DNA of 64,000 bases, from assembly GCA_026026165.1 (NCBI GenBank), contig JAPEUD010000015.1, positions 1-64,000 on the forward strand. The letters are read 5' to 3'. Both the position numbers and the translations under genes were made by a program. The stretch is from Sarea resinae (Eukaryota). Positions 26,034-39,484 of the stretch are shown here, piece by piece. Below the pieces are notes generated by a model. It was not told the DNA's origin, searched no databases, and was given only the letters and a program-made list of their open reading frames with translations. Numbering within the stretch: the first letter of the stretch is position 1; every line of letters starts with the position of its first letter.

Positions 26034-27425
26034 TGCTGAGGAAGGTGTGGGAGAGAGGACTGCAGTAGAATGGAGGAGGAGGAGCGTAGAGGTAAGTGTA
26101 AGGTAGGATGGCGAATGACGGAAGGGCTGGAGGTATTATGATGATGGGAGGGTTGGGGCAAGATACAGAGAGAGAATGATTTCGCTTGAATAGGTAGCAA
26201 CAAGAATTTACGAATACTCCAGAAGAGTTACCAAGTAGCACCGCAAAGGATGGCTTTCCTTCCCTTAAGGTCTTAGTCTGGACAATAAAGCGCGGAGGTT
26301 TTTCGGCCACCGAAGAGACCGTCCACGGAGGGTGACCGAAGACGGCGTGGGGAATTTGAGGCTTGGCAGCTATTCAATTCAGCCAGCACTATACTACTGC
26401 AGTACTTGGAGTAGTACGGGCTTTCTATTGATTCACTGCATTGATCCTTACCGGGGTGTCCGTACAGTAAGATAGATTGCCCGTGGCGGATCAGGGCTGT
26501 CATCTCGGCCGGGACTACGGAGTATGGGGACAAGGGGAAGCTAGCGAGGAGTGACGGAGGGATGCAGAAAGTACCGCACCTCGGTAAGCCCCAGCTCCTA
26601 CCCGACCGTAGGATGGAGGTACTCCAGGTACTCGGGCTCCCAGTGGAGCTCCAGCTGCGCAGTAAACCCGTACGGCACGTCGAGTACGCCTCGACGGAAA
26701 CTTCCACTTGCAAACCTACGGAGTAAGCTGAATAATTCACGTGACCTCGTTTGGCTTCCAGACATGCTCCCGTCACCTGCAAACCTTGGAAGTTCCACTT
26801 CCATTAGGTCCCACGCTTTCAGGTTCGCTTCTGGTCGGTCGCAGAGGTTGCCTTCGTACACTCCCCCCTCTTCCTCCTTCATCAACCATCATCATTCTAC
26901 CTGCTACAACACCTTCACTATCGCCATCGCCATCGCCATCATCACCATTTTCCACATCGTACCATCCAGCTCTCCATCAAATACGTACTTGTCACGATCT
27001 AGAGATCGAAGAAGAGAAAACATAATCGTCTTTGGGCGACCCGTAATAGAAACGAGGTCCTCATCCGTGACTTCAGTAGCCTCTCTTCTCCTTGCGGATT
27101 CTTGCTCTTCCGTTCTCTTGTGGTAACACGGTCGGATCGGAAAGATCTCCACCGTCGAACAGTCGTCACCTTCACTTTCTCGCCTTAGGTTGTTACGCTT
27201 CCAGTCTACGTCAACAGCTTAGTATTTCACAAGCAGCCAGCAACGTAAACTTCACCCGTACAGTCACAGACCGAAGCTTCTGGCTTTCTGATCGTTTAGA
27301 AACCAAACCTACCTTAAGCGTGCGTGCGTGTGTGCGATAGACCAAGTTGAGCGGAGATCCACTGAGCCAACTGAAGTTGTCGTCCATCATCTCTGCACTG
27401 CACAGCTGGCAGAATTTGCAGCAGC

Positions 27426-30093
27426 ATGTCTTCTTCTGCGATCTTGGCGGAATTGGATACCGCGCTCCAGGCTATGCAATCTCTTAAACCTCCCGGAGTA
27501 TCAGGATCGCGAATAGCCAGTATCACTGCTCTTTGCGACGCCAACGTCCAGGTAAATCTTCTCCAATCCTGCCATCTGCCTATGTTTCCAAAAGCCTTTG
27601 CTGACAGAACCTATCATGCAATAGTCCGAGTCTGTGATCATTCAGAAACTCTATACCCACTTCAAAAAGACTCCAGGAACACATAAATTGGGCGTACTCT
27701 ACGTCGTAGACTCTGTAACTCGACAATGGGTGAATCAGGCAAGAAAGGCTGGTCAGCTATCGGGCAGTGCTCCATCAGACGGAACGTATGCCGCTGGCGT
27801 CAATAGAGTAACGGAGCTGCTACCTGTGCTAATGACTGATATCATACAATCCGCACCTGAGGATCAAAAGGTACGCTCATAGAACGAGTCCGCTTGGTAT
27901 ACTTGCAGGCCTACGTTGCTGGCCATGTTATTATACCTACAATGACCTGATCGTTGCGCCCATGAATCCTCCATTGTTTTTTCTTGCAAATGGCTCCAGA
28001 TTGGCGGCTCTTTTCTTCTATATTTGTGCGGCCCCCTACTTACACATAGACATGCGTATTCTAGGAAAAAGTTAAGAAGCTTGTTGACATCTGGGAACGT
28101 GGCAATACTTTCCCAGCTCAGATGCTCTCCTCATTTAAAGAAAAACTCAACGCTCCCGCGCACAGTAAGAATCCCAAGTCTGCCGAGATGAGAGCAAGAG
28201 AACCCGACATCTGATACTTCGTTTTCCATGTAGTTGTGCAATCCACGACCCCTGTTGGAACTCCCCCTCGAGATATTCAGCAATCGCTAGGCCAGCAACA
28301 GCCGAACGCAAATGCACCAAACACGACTGCAATATTGGCAGCTCTTGCGAATATGGCGAAACAGAGCACATCAACGCCACCAGCAGCAGGATTTCCCCCT
28401 CGAAATAATTCAAATAACATGCCAAGTACGCATAGTGCAGTTCCGCAATCTATATCATCGTCCGTAAATCCAGCTCCTTTGCCGCCAACCGCGCAACCCG
28501 TAAATATGCCAGCTGCTGGAGCGAATCTATTATCGCAGTTTCCTGGGTTGAACATGGCTGCTCAGAGTACTCCCAATACGCAAGCAAATCCTCTTGCAGC
28601 TCTTTCCGCCTTCTTGCCTCCTACCAATCCCGCTGGAGGTCAGGATGCTCTGCAACAGCAATTGATGCTTCTTCAAGGCCTTGCACAAGCGGGAGTCCCT
28701 CAAGATCAGTGGGTACCCCTCATAGCCGCTTTGAATGCGGGTGCCGCAGCTCCGGCTGCTACTAATGGCAATCCTGCAATGTCATGGCCACAAGTTGGAG
28801 ATCAACAGAATGCTTGGGGTGGAAGACATGACCATGAATCACGTGATCGAAATGGATTCAATGAATCCGAGATGCGTTCTCCACGAGATCGCTTTGAGCG
28901 TCGCTCCCGCTCACCACCCAACTGGAGCCGTGGTCGTGAATCTCCGCCTGTACGCCGTCGTGATAGCCCTGTGTACGGTGAATATAATGGCGACTCTGGC
29001 GATGGTGCTAATAGAGATGGCAATGATCGTCGTTCAAAGACCAAGACAGGGCGTGGACGTGGGAATGACTACCGTCAGCGTAGCCCTATCCCCAGTAGAC
29101 GCCATCGAAGCATGAGTCCTGCCGATGACGCTGGCGCTGGTGCTGGTCCGAAGTGGATCGAGTATGATTATTCGATCGGACACGGCAACATCAAAGGTAC
29201 GAATCCGATATTTGTTCCAACGACTTGTTCAGGGGTGCTAATTCAATCTGCAGTGCTCAGTAGAACCCTATTTGTAGGTGGCGTAACGTAAGTGCTAGAC
29301 TATTCTACTGCATTCTCTAGAGAGGCTCATGATTAGCAGGACGACTGAGAGGGAATTACGAAGCATCTTCTCTCAATTCGGACGTGTACAGACATGTATT
29401 GTCAATACCGATAAACGCCATGCTTTTGTGAAGATGATCACACGTAGGGAGGCTCTCACTGCTAGGGAAGGCATGGAGCACTTTAAGTCTGCAGAGATGC
29501 AATTACGTGTATGTTTAATTCTTTGCACGTCGTCAGATGCGATTGATATTGACATGGAATGTACAGACTCGGTGGGGTGTTGGCTTCGGACCTCGCGACT
29601 GTAGCGACTACCAGACCGGTATTAGCATCATTCCTATTGATCGACTTACCGACGCAGATCGCAAGTGGATGTTGACTGCCGAATATGGGGGTTCTGGAGG
29701 AAAACCGATTGAGAGTGGCATGTGTGTTGAAGAACCCGACATCGAGATTGGAGCTGGCGTTTCTTCGAAGGGTGAGTTTCATGCAAGCTTGTAGCAAGAT
29801 CAAATATCGCTGACCTGCCTTGGCAAACAGCAATTAGTCGACGGATGGCTACCGACCAAGGGGGAAAGACCGGTCCCCGCTCAAGCCGAGGTGGACAAGA
29901 AGGATCTCGCTTTCGCCGTAGTGAGCGTAATGAAGGTGATCGTGATGCCAATACAATTGGCGTTCCGCCGGCTGTACCAGGGTTTGGTTTCCAATTTCCA
30001 GGTATGCCTGCTGGTATGCCTATGCTCCCGCCAGGTTTCATCATTCCGGGTTCGACGCCAGCGCAGCCGCCCCCGCCAGGCCATAGTGGCTAG
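27426..30093 (+). CDS. nrdA: Nrd1/Seb1-like RNA-binding protein (CTD-interacting domain + RRM)
   Basis: CID (KPPGVSGSRI...HKLGVLYVVDSVTR...KLVDIWERGNTF), RS-rich linker, RRM (VLSRTLFVGGVT...KRHAFVKM...TRWGVGFGPRDCSDY), EEPDIEIGAGVSSKAISRRM. Confidence 0.93.
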
Positions 30094-33000
30094 TTGGGTA
30101 GTGGCAATGATTTGTCTCGGATCATACGTGTCTAATCTCTTTCTTTTTTTTGCTCTTCGAGTCTCAAAAGCTGGGCGAATCTACCTGTTCATTGCTAGGG
30201 AAATGGCACGGGTTCCCTTCGTCTACTGAGACAGGAATGGGGCGGTCTTTCGTTGCTGTACAACGAGCGGAATCTCTTTTCGGCGGCTTTTCATACAAAT
30301 GATTGGGTTTTTCATGGCTCCAGGTGTGTTTCAATAGCACTTTGTAGAAGCATTGCACCACAGGGGGGCAAACAACGTTGTGTCAACATGGCCGTTTAAT
30401 TCAAACCTCTTCATCTTGCCCTTCCCGTCCATCAGCTTTCTGTGTTTCCCTATCCACAGATATTTTTGAAGCCTCTGGCAATAATATCGGAGCTTCAATG
30501 CCTTGACGTATATGCCTCTTCAAGAGTGTAATTGCGCCTCATAACAATGCGTCATAAGCTTGCACTTCTCGGATATCGTCAGCTTCGATCTTGAGAAATG
30601 GAGCCTGCGGTTTAAGTCTGTTAGATAGTATTGATACTGTGGTGTATAGCAGAGATGGGGCCGCTTCCCGGTCGACCGCTCTATGAATCTACACGGACGA
30701 CGAACTCGGGCTAATGAAGATTCAATGCAACTGAGTCTATTCTTCGCTATCGTTCCTCTCTAGGGCCTTCGCTATTCAAGATTTTCGGAATCCACCGTAC
30801 CAGTAACAATCACAAATGCCCTTGAGTACTACCACCTTACAACCTCATTACTTTCAGGTTTGTCCTTCGTACGACTGAACTCAGCGCCATTGTTGCGAGG
30901 ACTTTGAGAGCCCTCATCGGCTATCGACAGGGGCTAAGAGATAAACAAGGATAGACAGGGTAAGAGCGACCGCTCACGCGAACACATGCCGCATTGAAAA
31001 TCCTGGAGAGCTCCGTTACGGAGTAGATCGATTGAAATTGATGGGTTAGCATCCATGGACCGGTCCATCACGTATTGCGGTACTAGCATCAAGATGTACG
31101 AGGCTGCGATTACTGCATGCGTAGCAGCGTAACTCGGAAAGACAAATCGAACTGCAATGACATACTCACCAACAATACACATATAGCAAGGAAACGAAGA
31201 TAGAATTATTGATAGGTGGTAGGCCCTTTTTTGCACACACGACGGGCCACCATCGCAGAGCTTTTCGCGTCGTCTATCTCCACAGCGGACCTCCGTAAAT
31301 TAATGGCGGAAGGGCCGCTTGCATCGAGCTTGCATACGCGAAAGGTGGGAAAAGCTGGAGGCATAAGGTACCTTAATGTTGGGGGTAATGGTACTCCGTA
31401 CAGTAGTATCTAGTAATTCCCCCACCAATCTGAAGTGCCTGTTTCCTTAACTCGAGTGTACTGGAGCAAGGAACACCATGCTCGACAGGGGTTCACGAGC
31501 AGTAGGAGCAATCAACCAGATTCAAATGCCAATCACCTTCGCCAACGTCGTCACCCATTGTTCTTGCTTTTTCTCGCCGCCTTTGGATCTGGTCGATATT
31601 CCTCTACTGCGCTGTTCGCGGTAATGGGCTCGGGTACGGCCCACGCTATCACTGACACTGCTGCTCTGTGGTCCGTAACGCCTTGGTAGCCTTTACGGCT
31701 ATTCTTTCAGGGCCACTGCTCTACTCTACTCTGCTACCGGCTCTCTTACTACTATCCTTTGGAGAAGGGCAGTCTAGGCTGTTGGATGGCGTACCTTAGC
31801 TCCAAGGTACCTTACGTTACTCTCTCCGAGAGGTGGGGACCGAAACGGCCGTCTTGGGGGGACGATTATTTTTGTGGAGACGGCGAGGCATTTTCAGAAA
31901 CGAACGTCTCCGGGATCAAGGGCCGATCCAATTCAGCACCATGAGAGGCCGCAAGCCATTTGGACCATACAAAGTACCTCAATCATGTCTATCACATTCA
32001 GAATTTTCGAGATGCATACATGCCTACCTCATCTAGATCATCTCTCGGCCCTCATGAAAGGTATTTTCCAGAATCATCATCTAGATGAGCTGGAGATCCT
32101 GGAAGGCAGTTGGATTAATATTCTTGATCACGTCTCCATCTTATCCTATTATCCGAATGCATCCGTCATGGCCGGCGCCGTCGCGCTCGCCGCCCTGTTC
32201 GTCAGTCTTCTCGTCAAGAACGATGCTGATTGGCTCTTCCGCGGAGATTTGCAGTCGATGGATGCGCAACATGCACGAGCCGCCTCGCTGTCAGTGTCAG
32301 TCACGGTGGAGGAGGAAGATCATCTCCCGCAAAACGCAATTTGCGGTCAATTGTCATGTAAATTATGCATGCATGCGCATACATACATGGCTGGCCTTAT
32401 CGTACGTTGGGGTGCTAGACCCCGCAAAGGCTGGACCAGCCGTGCCGTGTAGGCAGTTGCCGACGAGGCATTCATGCTATTGTTGGGAAAGGTGAAATCT
32501 GTGGAAGGAAGCTGCCAGCAACCTCGATGGAGCCATAGGCACCTAATTACTGCGCAGTATTAGCACAGCATAAGATATCGTAGGATGTTTGGTAAGGACT
32601 GCAATTGCAAAGGGCGAGCAGAAGAAGCTTTGCGAAACAGACCACCCATCTCCTAACAGGTACCTTACTGCGTACATAGGCCCCCACTGTCGCGATGCGA
32701 AAGGAGCGTCACCGCACATCATGTAGGCTAGGTGCGCTAGGAGATCAAACGCGGGGTGATCGATGTTTACATACGTTCATCAACATTCACCGTCGACGAG
32801 AAAGTCTTCGTGCTATCGGAAGGGATGCGGTTGAATCAATTCTGTACGATAAAAAAGATGTTCCCTAAAGCTGTCAGTTGACCTTCCGTTGCCGTGAGGT
32901 CGTACTGGTAAAGAGCCAGATGTTGAAGACACAGCTTCCGCTCACAACTCTGTTCTCATACTGTGCAGGAGGCGCGATTTGCCCGCCACTTAAGAGCGCC

Positions 33001-35493
33001 TGATGGGTTCCAGACACAAGATGATGATGGCGCTGACTCCTGGACCAACTATTTGACTATTTACTGCGGCTTCTCTATCCCGAGTTGAGCCCGCACGCAA
33101 TGTTACCGGTAAGGCAAGTTAATCCGATGGGTACAAGCAGCAGCCTATTTCGCGCAAAGAAACCGTCCTTCGCAACGGAGAAAGAATCACTCAATATGTC
33201 GCACGAGTCAAAAGAGATTATTGCTCGACCGCTCTAGGATAGGGTAGACAAACCTAAGGCAGAGTCAGAAGCGCACATTGTGCATGGGGATGGATTGAGT
33301 AAGGTAGGTGTATCTTTACTCCGTAGGGTAGCCAGCATTCCCGGCCGTCTCTCGGCAACGATTTTGACGGCAGGCGGGCTCGCTCTAAGGCCGCGCTTGA
33401 GCTTGGAATCCATTGGACTTAGGATTGCGAAACAAGAGAGGAAAGCTTGAAGGAGTCGGGGTACATTCAGCTGAATTGAACTCATTGGGGTTTACCATAT
33501 GGCTACCTATGAGCGATTTAAACGGTGACAAGATTCGGTGATCCAATCCCCGAGAAATATCCGCATGAGGCTTGGTGGCTATCGGCTAGAGATGGCACAG
33601 TACTTGGGGATCAGGTATCGTCACATCTGTGGACCTCTCGGTCCCTAAGGAGTACCTCGTTCTCCTTCTCGCCTTGACGATGCCCGCACTGGGGCCGATT
33701 CAAATGACTGTACCGCGGCAAGCACGATGAGAATGCATGCAGAAGCTGGTAGCTTCAATCCCATTCGATGCCTGAGCGAGGAAGCGTCGGGATCGCCGCC
33801 AGAATAACTCAATGCAGGGGCAGGCTCGGGGCCATTCGTGCGAAAGGGACGTCAGAATTCCCTGTCCCGGCGAGAGAGTGATCTCGTACCGCATTGCGCC
33901 TTATCGCCTGCGGAAGAGAGATTTTGCAGATCGGCCTGATTGAGTATCGGCAGCCGGGATACGTTGCGAGTTGACGGCCCCGGGGGCTGTCACAACAATT
34001 CGAGTACCTTTGATACTACTCCGGAGTACTGAGTAGGTAGGTAGAGACGTATCGGTGAGGTACGACTGCTGGCCGTCAACAATCGCCGGCTTGGTTGGTA
34101 GAGAATGTACCGGTCAAAGAAAGGATCTCGACGAGTAACTCTTTCAGCTCTATATATCTCAAGTATCTGTTTGATCGATGATTATACCGTACTGCAATGC
34201 CCCGTAAGAAGCCAAGTGATGAGCCAAGACTGGCTTTGATTGCGTTCATCAATTCGATCTTGGCCATTACGCAGTACTCTCCAGAGGTACGTAGGTCGGT
34301 ACGGAGTACTTGTTGCTGTTCGAGTTTCACCGCGTCAAGGCCCATCGAGGGACGAATCGCACAGCCAGCGACCGGTTACAGCACCTTGATTCGAGTAAGG
34401 CGAGAAGGACTTTGCGAGGTACTTCGGCGCGAGGTAGGGGAGCTGAGTAAGTGTCTGTACGATGTTCATGAACATCTGCACAAGTATTGATCCCACCATC
34501 CTTGTGCCAACCTGGAGCTAAGAGTCAACGGAGAACCGAGGACCGACGGGGCGAAGGGAGAGAGCCTTGTCACTACCACTCTAGTGCATACGCCGACCTG
34601 GAAAAGGCGCTCGAAGCCTTGACCTCTGATGCCAGACTACTCTAGCAAGACGCAAGTACGGAGTACAAGTGGGTAGGATTGTCGACCTTAGTCGCAGGAG
34701 GGAGAAAAAAGCTACCCTGTCAGTAGCTTTGACGCTTCTCCCATCCCGGTAGCTTCGAGCTATGGAAATATACTGCTACTCAGGTAAGGTACTATAGTAG
34801 GAGGCAGGTCTCGTACCTCAGTGCTAGTCGTCCTCTACCCGTGGGTTCAAGCTGTCTCTTTGCTCTCTGGCCTGGACTAACGTAGTCGGGTCCAATCTCT
34901 GCAGCGCAGGTACTTCGGGAGCCACCCGGGTCTCCTCCACCTCCAGGTACCTACCTTACCTTGCCTGGCCTCTCTCTTGACCCAGACGAACCGACAGCTG
35001 GAGCTTGCAGAGGGAAGAGGGAAAATACTTTACACTCAACCCTCACTGATCACTCGTACTCTGCACTCACTCAGTCACTCACCCACCCACTCACCCACAC
35101 TGACAGCTGCCGAACCATCTTCCATGCACTTGCACTTATTCACTCCCCATCCATCCCGCCCACATCCACTATCCACTCCCACCCCTCTCCGAAAGCGATA
35201 AAGTGCCCATCGTCATTTCCTGGGTGATCCATCCATTGGCCCCGTCGACTTCTCTTACTCCAATTAGTCTAGCTCGAATCCGAAGCTCATTCATATACCC
35301 TCGACCACCCCCTCCCCATTCCTTCCAGCGATCTTTTTTCCGTCTTTTCTTTCCTTCAGCTTCCTCTTCCAAAGGCCACTTCCCTCATCGTCCGTCTTCC
35401 CCCCCCAACGTAGGGATCTTCCCTCTCCTCTCATCTGGACAAGCACTTTGTGCGAGCGTCCCTCGATTGCCGTTCGAAAGCAATTGAGTCAAG

Positions 35494-35705
35494 GTGCGAT
35501 AATTCACTCGGTCGCGTGAAGTAGTTTGCCGACCGATCCGGAAGGAAGAACCGCACAGAGAAAAGTGAGCTAGTCCACCCCAACACACAAACAAGCTGTG
35601 CGAGCCGAGATTGCACTCTCGGCAAAACAACACCCCAGAGCTACGATCCTAATCAAACCAAAATCAAAACATCCCATTCGGTCCAACACTAACATCACTC
35701 TCCAG
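35494..35705 (+). other. Probable 5'-UTR intron of PMA1
   Basis: AAG|GTGCGA donor, CTAAC branch point at 35689-35693 and CTCCAG acceptor about 106 nt upstream of the ATG, downstream of a CT-rich promoter-like tract. Confidence 0.55.
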
Positions 35706-35811
35706 TTCTCTAGTTGTCTTCTCTCACACCCATCATCACGCGCGTCGACTTTTCATCATTTGCTACTCGTAATACATCTCATTCTCTTTGGTTACTTCAA
35801 AGCACTCCGCA

Positions 35812-38800
35812 ATGGCCGACACTGCTGGTGAGCCGACCGGCACTGAGCCGCCAAACCATCTCGGCACAAACGTCCCAACCGGTGGCTTCGATGGCAACCA
35901 AGATCCCGAAAAAGCCGGCCATGTCGACAATGGAGACGATGTTGCTCATCCAAAGAAGGACCTTGGTGTTCCGGGCGGCGAAGATGAAGAGGATGAGGAC
36001 ATGGACGCGTTGATCGATGAACTGGAATCTCAAGATGGACACATCGATCAAGAGGACGAGGAAGAGGAGGTTGCTGCTGGTGGGGCTCGTCCCGTTGCCG
36101 AAGACCTCTTGCAAACAGACACTCGTCATGGTCTGACGGATGAGGAGGTAATCAGCCGGAGAAAGAAGTTTGGTATGAACCAAATGAAGGAGGAGAAGGA
36201 GAACTTGGTCCTGAAGTTCCTCGGATACTTCATCGGACCAATTCAATTCGTCATGGAGGTAAGAAGCCTTGATCTCGTCGCGTTAATTAAGCAATTCGCT
36301 CCGCTGGCGCAGCCTAGTTCAAAGAACGTGCAACCCCTCAGGAACATTTTTTGACATTATCTCTTCAGGCTGCCGCTGTTCTTGCTGCCGGTCTTCGTGA
36401 CTGGGTCGACTTTGGTGTCATCTGCGCTCTACTGTTGCTTAACGCTGCCGTCGGTTTCATTCAAGAATTTCAAGCCGGTTCCATCGTGGACGAGTTGAAG
36501 AAAACTCTTGCTCTCAAGGCTGTTGTTCTTCGTGGCGGACGTCTCTACGAAGTCGAAGCTCCCGAGGTTGTTCCCGGCGATATTCTGCAGATCGAAGAAG
36601 GTACCATCATTCCCGCCGACGGTCGCATTGTGACCGAGGATGCCTTCCTACAAGTGGACCAGTCTGCCATCACTGGTGAATCTCTCGCTGTCGACAAGCA
36701 TCAGGGTGATACCTGCTATGCTTCCTCCGCCGTCAAGCGTGGTGAGGCTTTCATGGTCATCAGCGCTACTGGTGACAACACCTTCGTCGGACGTGCTGCC
36801 GCTCTGGTTAACACTGCATCCGGCGGAACCGGTCACTTCACGGAGGTGCTCAACGGCATCGGGACAATTCTCTTGGTCTTGGTTATCATCACTCTCCTTG
36901 TTGTCTGGGTAGCATCTTTCTACCGATCCAACCCCATTGTCAAGATTCTGGAGTACACCCTTGCTATCACCATTATTGGTGTCCCCGTCGGTCTTCCCGC
37001 TGTCGTCACCACCACCATGGCCGTCGGTGCTGCCTACCTCGCAAAGAAGAAAGCTATCGTCCAGAAGCTCTCTGCCATCGAATCCCTCGCCGGTGTTGAA
37101 ATTCTTTGCTCTGACAAGACTGGAACTTTGACCAAGAACAAGCTTTCTCTTGCTGAACCTTTCACTGTCGCTGGTGTCGAGGGCGAAGATCTTATGCTCA
37201 CTGCCTGCTTGGCTGCCTCTCGCAAGAAGAAGGGTATTGACGCCATCGACAAGGCCTTCCTCAAGTCTCTCCGATACTATCCTCGCGCCAAGGGTGTTCT
37301 TTCCAAGTACAAGGTTCTCGAGTTCCACCCCTTCGATCCCGTCTCCAAGAAGGTTCAAGCTATCGTCGAGTCTCCCCAGGGCGAGCGTATTATCTGCGTT
37401 AAGGGTGCCCCTCTTTTCGTCTTGAAGACCGTCGAGGAAGACCATCCTATCCCCGAGGAGGTCGACCAGGCCTACAAGAACAAGGTTGCCGAATTCGCTA
37501 CTCGTGGTTTCCGTTCACTCGGTGTTGCTCGAAAGCGTGGTGAGGGCTCATGGGAGATTCTTGGTATAATGCCTTGCTCTGATCCTCCTCGACACGATAC
37601 TGCCCGTACCATCAATGAAGCCAAGACTCTCGGTCTCTCGATCAAGATGTTGACTGGTGATGCCGTCGGTATTGCCCGTGAAACTTCGCGCCAACTCGGT
37701 CTCGGTACCAATGTCTACAACGCTGAGCGTCTCGGTCTCGGTGGTGGTGGCGAGATGCCCGGATCTGAGGTCTACGATTTCGTTGAGGCTGCCGATGGTT
37801 TCGCTGAGGTTTTCCCCCAGCACAAGTACAATGTCGTCGAGATTCTGCAACAGCGTGGCTACCTCGTCGCCATGACTGGTGACGGTGTCAACGACGCTCC
37901 ATCTCTGAAGAAAGCCGATACTGGCATTGCCGTCGAGGGTGCTTCCGATGCGGCTCGTTCTGCTGCTGATATTGTGTTCCTTGCTCCCGGTCTCTCCGCT
38001 ATCATCGATGCTCTCAAGACTTCCCGCCAAATTTTCCATCGCATGTACGCTTACGTTGTGTACCGTATCGCCCTGTCTCTCCACTTGGAAATCTTCTTGG
38101 GTCTTTGGATCGCTATCTTGAACACCTCTCTCAACATTGAGCTGGTTGTCTTCATCGCTATTTTTGCCGATATTGCAACACTCGCTATCGCCTACGATAA
38201 TGCGCCCTTCTCTAAGACTCCAGTCAAGTGGAATTTGCCCAAACTATGGGGTATGTCCGTCCTTCTCGGAATTGTCTTGGCCGTCGGTACCTGGATCGCC
38301 CTCACTTCTATGTTCCCTTACAAGTCTCACGACAATGCTGCCCACCAAGGTGTTCATGGTGGTATTGTTCAAAATTTCGGTGTTCGGGACGAGGTCCTCT
38401 TCCTGCAAATCTCACTCTCCGAGAACTGGCTGATCTTTGTCACTCGTGCCAATGGCCCCTTCTGGTCATCCATTCCTTCATGGCAACTGAGTGGCGCCAT
38501 CCTTTGCGTCGACATCATTGCTACCATGTTCTGTCTTTTCGGTTGGTTCATCGGTGGTCAAACCTCTATTGTTGCCGTCGTCCGTGTGTGGATCTTCTCA
38601 TTCGGTGTCTTCTGCGTCCTCGGCGGTGTATACTATCTGCTCCAGGACAGCGTGGGATTCGATAACCTCATGCATGGCAAATCGCCAAAGAAGAACCAAA
38701 AGCAACGCTCGCTGGAAGACTTCGGTAAGAATTTTTCCACTCTACCTTTTTAACGTACTGGCTGCTAATATCCGTCATAGTTGTCTCGTTACAACGTGTG

Positions 38801-38827
38801 TCAACCCAACACGAGAAGAGCTCCTAA
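35812..38827 (+). CDS. PMA1: Plasma membrane P3A-type H+-ATPase; 2 coding introns
   Basis: [43 protein letters not shown]-terminal [20 protein letters not shown]; strong codon bias. Confidence 0.99.
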
Positions 38828-39484
38828 GGCCAAAGCATAGACAAGACGTGCATGGCAATCTAGAGTTATCCACGATGGCGGGCAACATGGTAACAGTGGC
38901 TTGTACTGATACTCGTGTGAACCACTCTGCTTTTTCTTCCCCTACTCACCCGTCGTCACGGTCGTGCCATTGCCCTCTTCTTTGTCTATCTTCTAGTGTG
39001 TTCTTTTTTACATTATTTCCTGTGGCACTTCCGCCGGATAACATCCGTTGTGCATAGTCTTAATAATGCGAAAGTGGCCTTCCTAATACTTAATACCGTT
39101 CTCTTGTTATCAATGCTTCCCGATGCTGTCTCCATGTGACTTGTGCGTCTGACGACAATTAGTCAGTGAAGGTAAAATGTATGATGAAGTGAAGTAAAGT
39201 GAAGTGGACTCATTACTACGACAGTTTAAGGTTCTGTGGTGCGCGGATTGAGCTGTTGATGGTGAAGCCAAATAGTCACTGTCAAGGTATTGACGCCCTC
39301 GTAAATAAAACTTGTCGGTTAAAGTTCCGTCGCATAGTGTAGTAAAGACTGAAAATCGGTGTAAATTTCCATTGCTATCGAACGACGTGGTAGGTCGCTA
39401 GTCTGCGGCACCCAACACCAAATGACGTGCTAACCTCGTAGCTTGAATGCTCGAGGTTTGCCACGAGAGATCCATATCTACGAC

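Noticed and set aside
26273..27152. Several 80-190 aa ORFs in the CIT1/nrdA divergent region
   Set aside because: Overlapping on both strands, low complexity, no motifs; consistent with promoter/5'UTR sequence.
31874..32452. 192-aa ORF with a hydrophobic stretch upstream of PMA1
   Set aside because: GTG start, no recognisable domain or codon bias; cannot be supported without homology or expression data.
36648..38084. Long antisense ORFs over PMA1 (similar ones over CIT1, nuo78 and RPC2)
   Set aside because: Shadow ORFs expected from strong codon bias on the coding strand.
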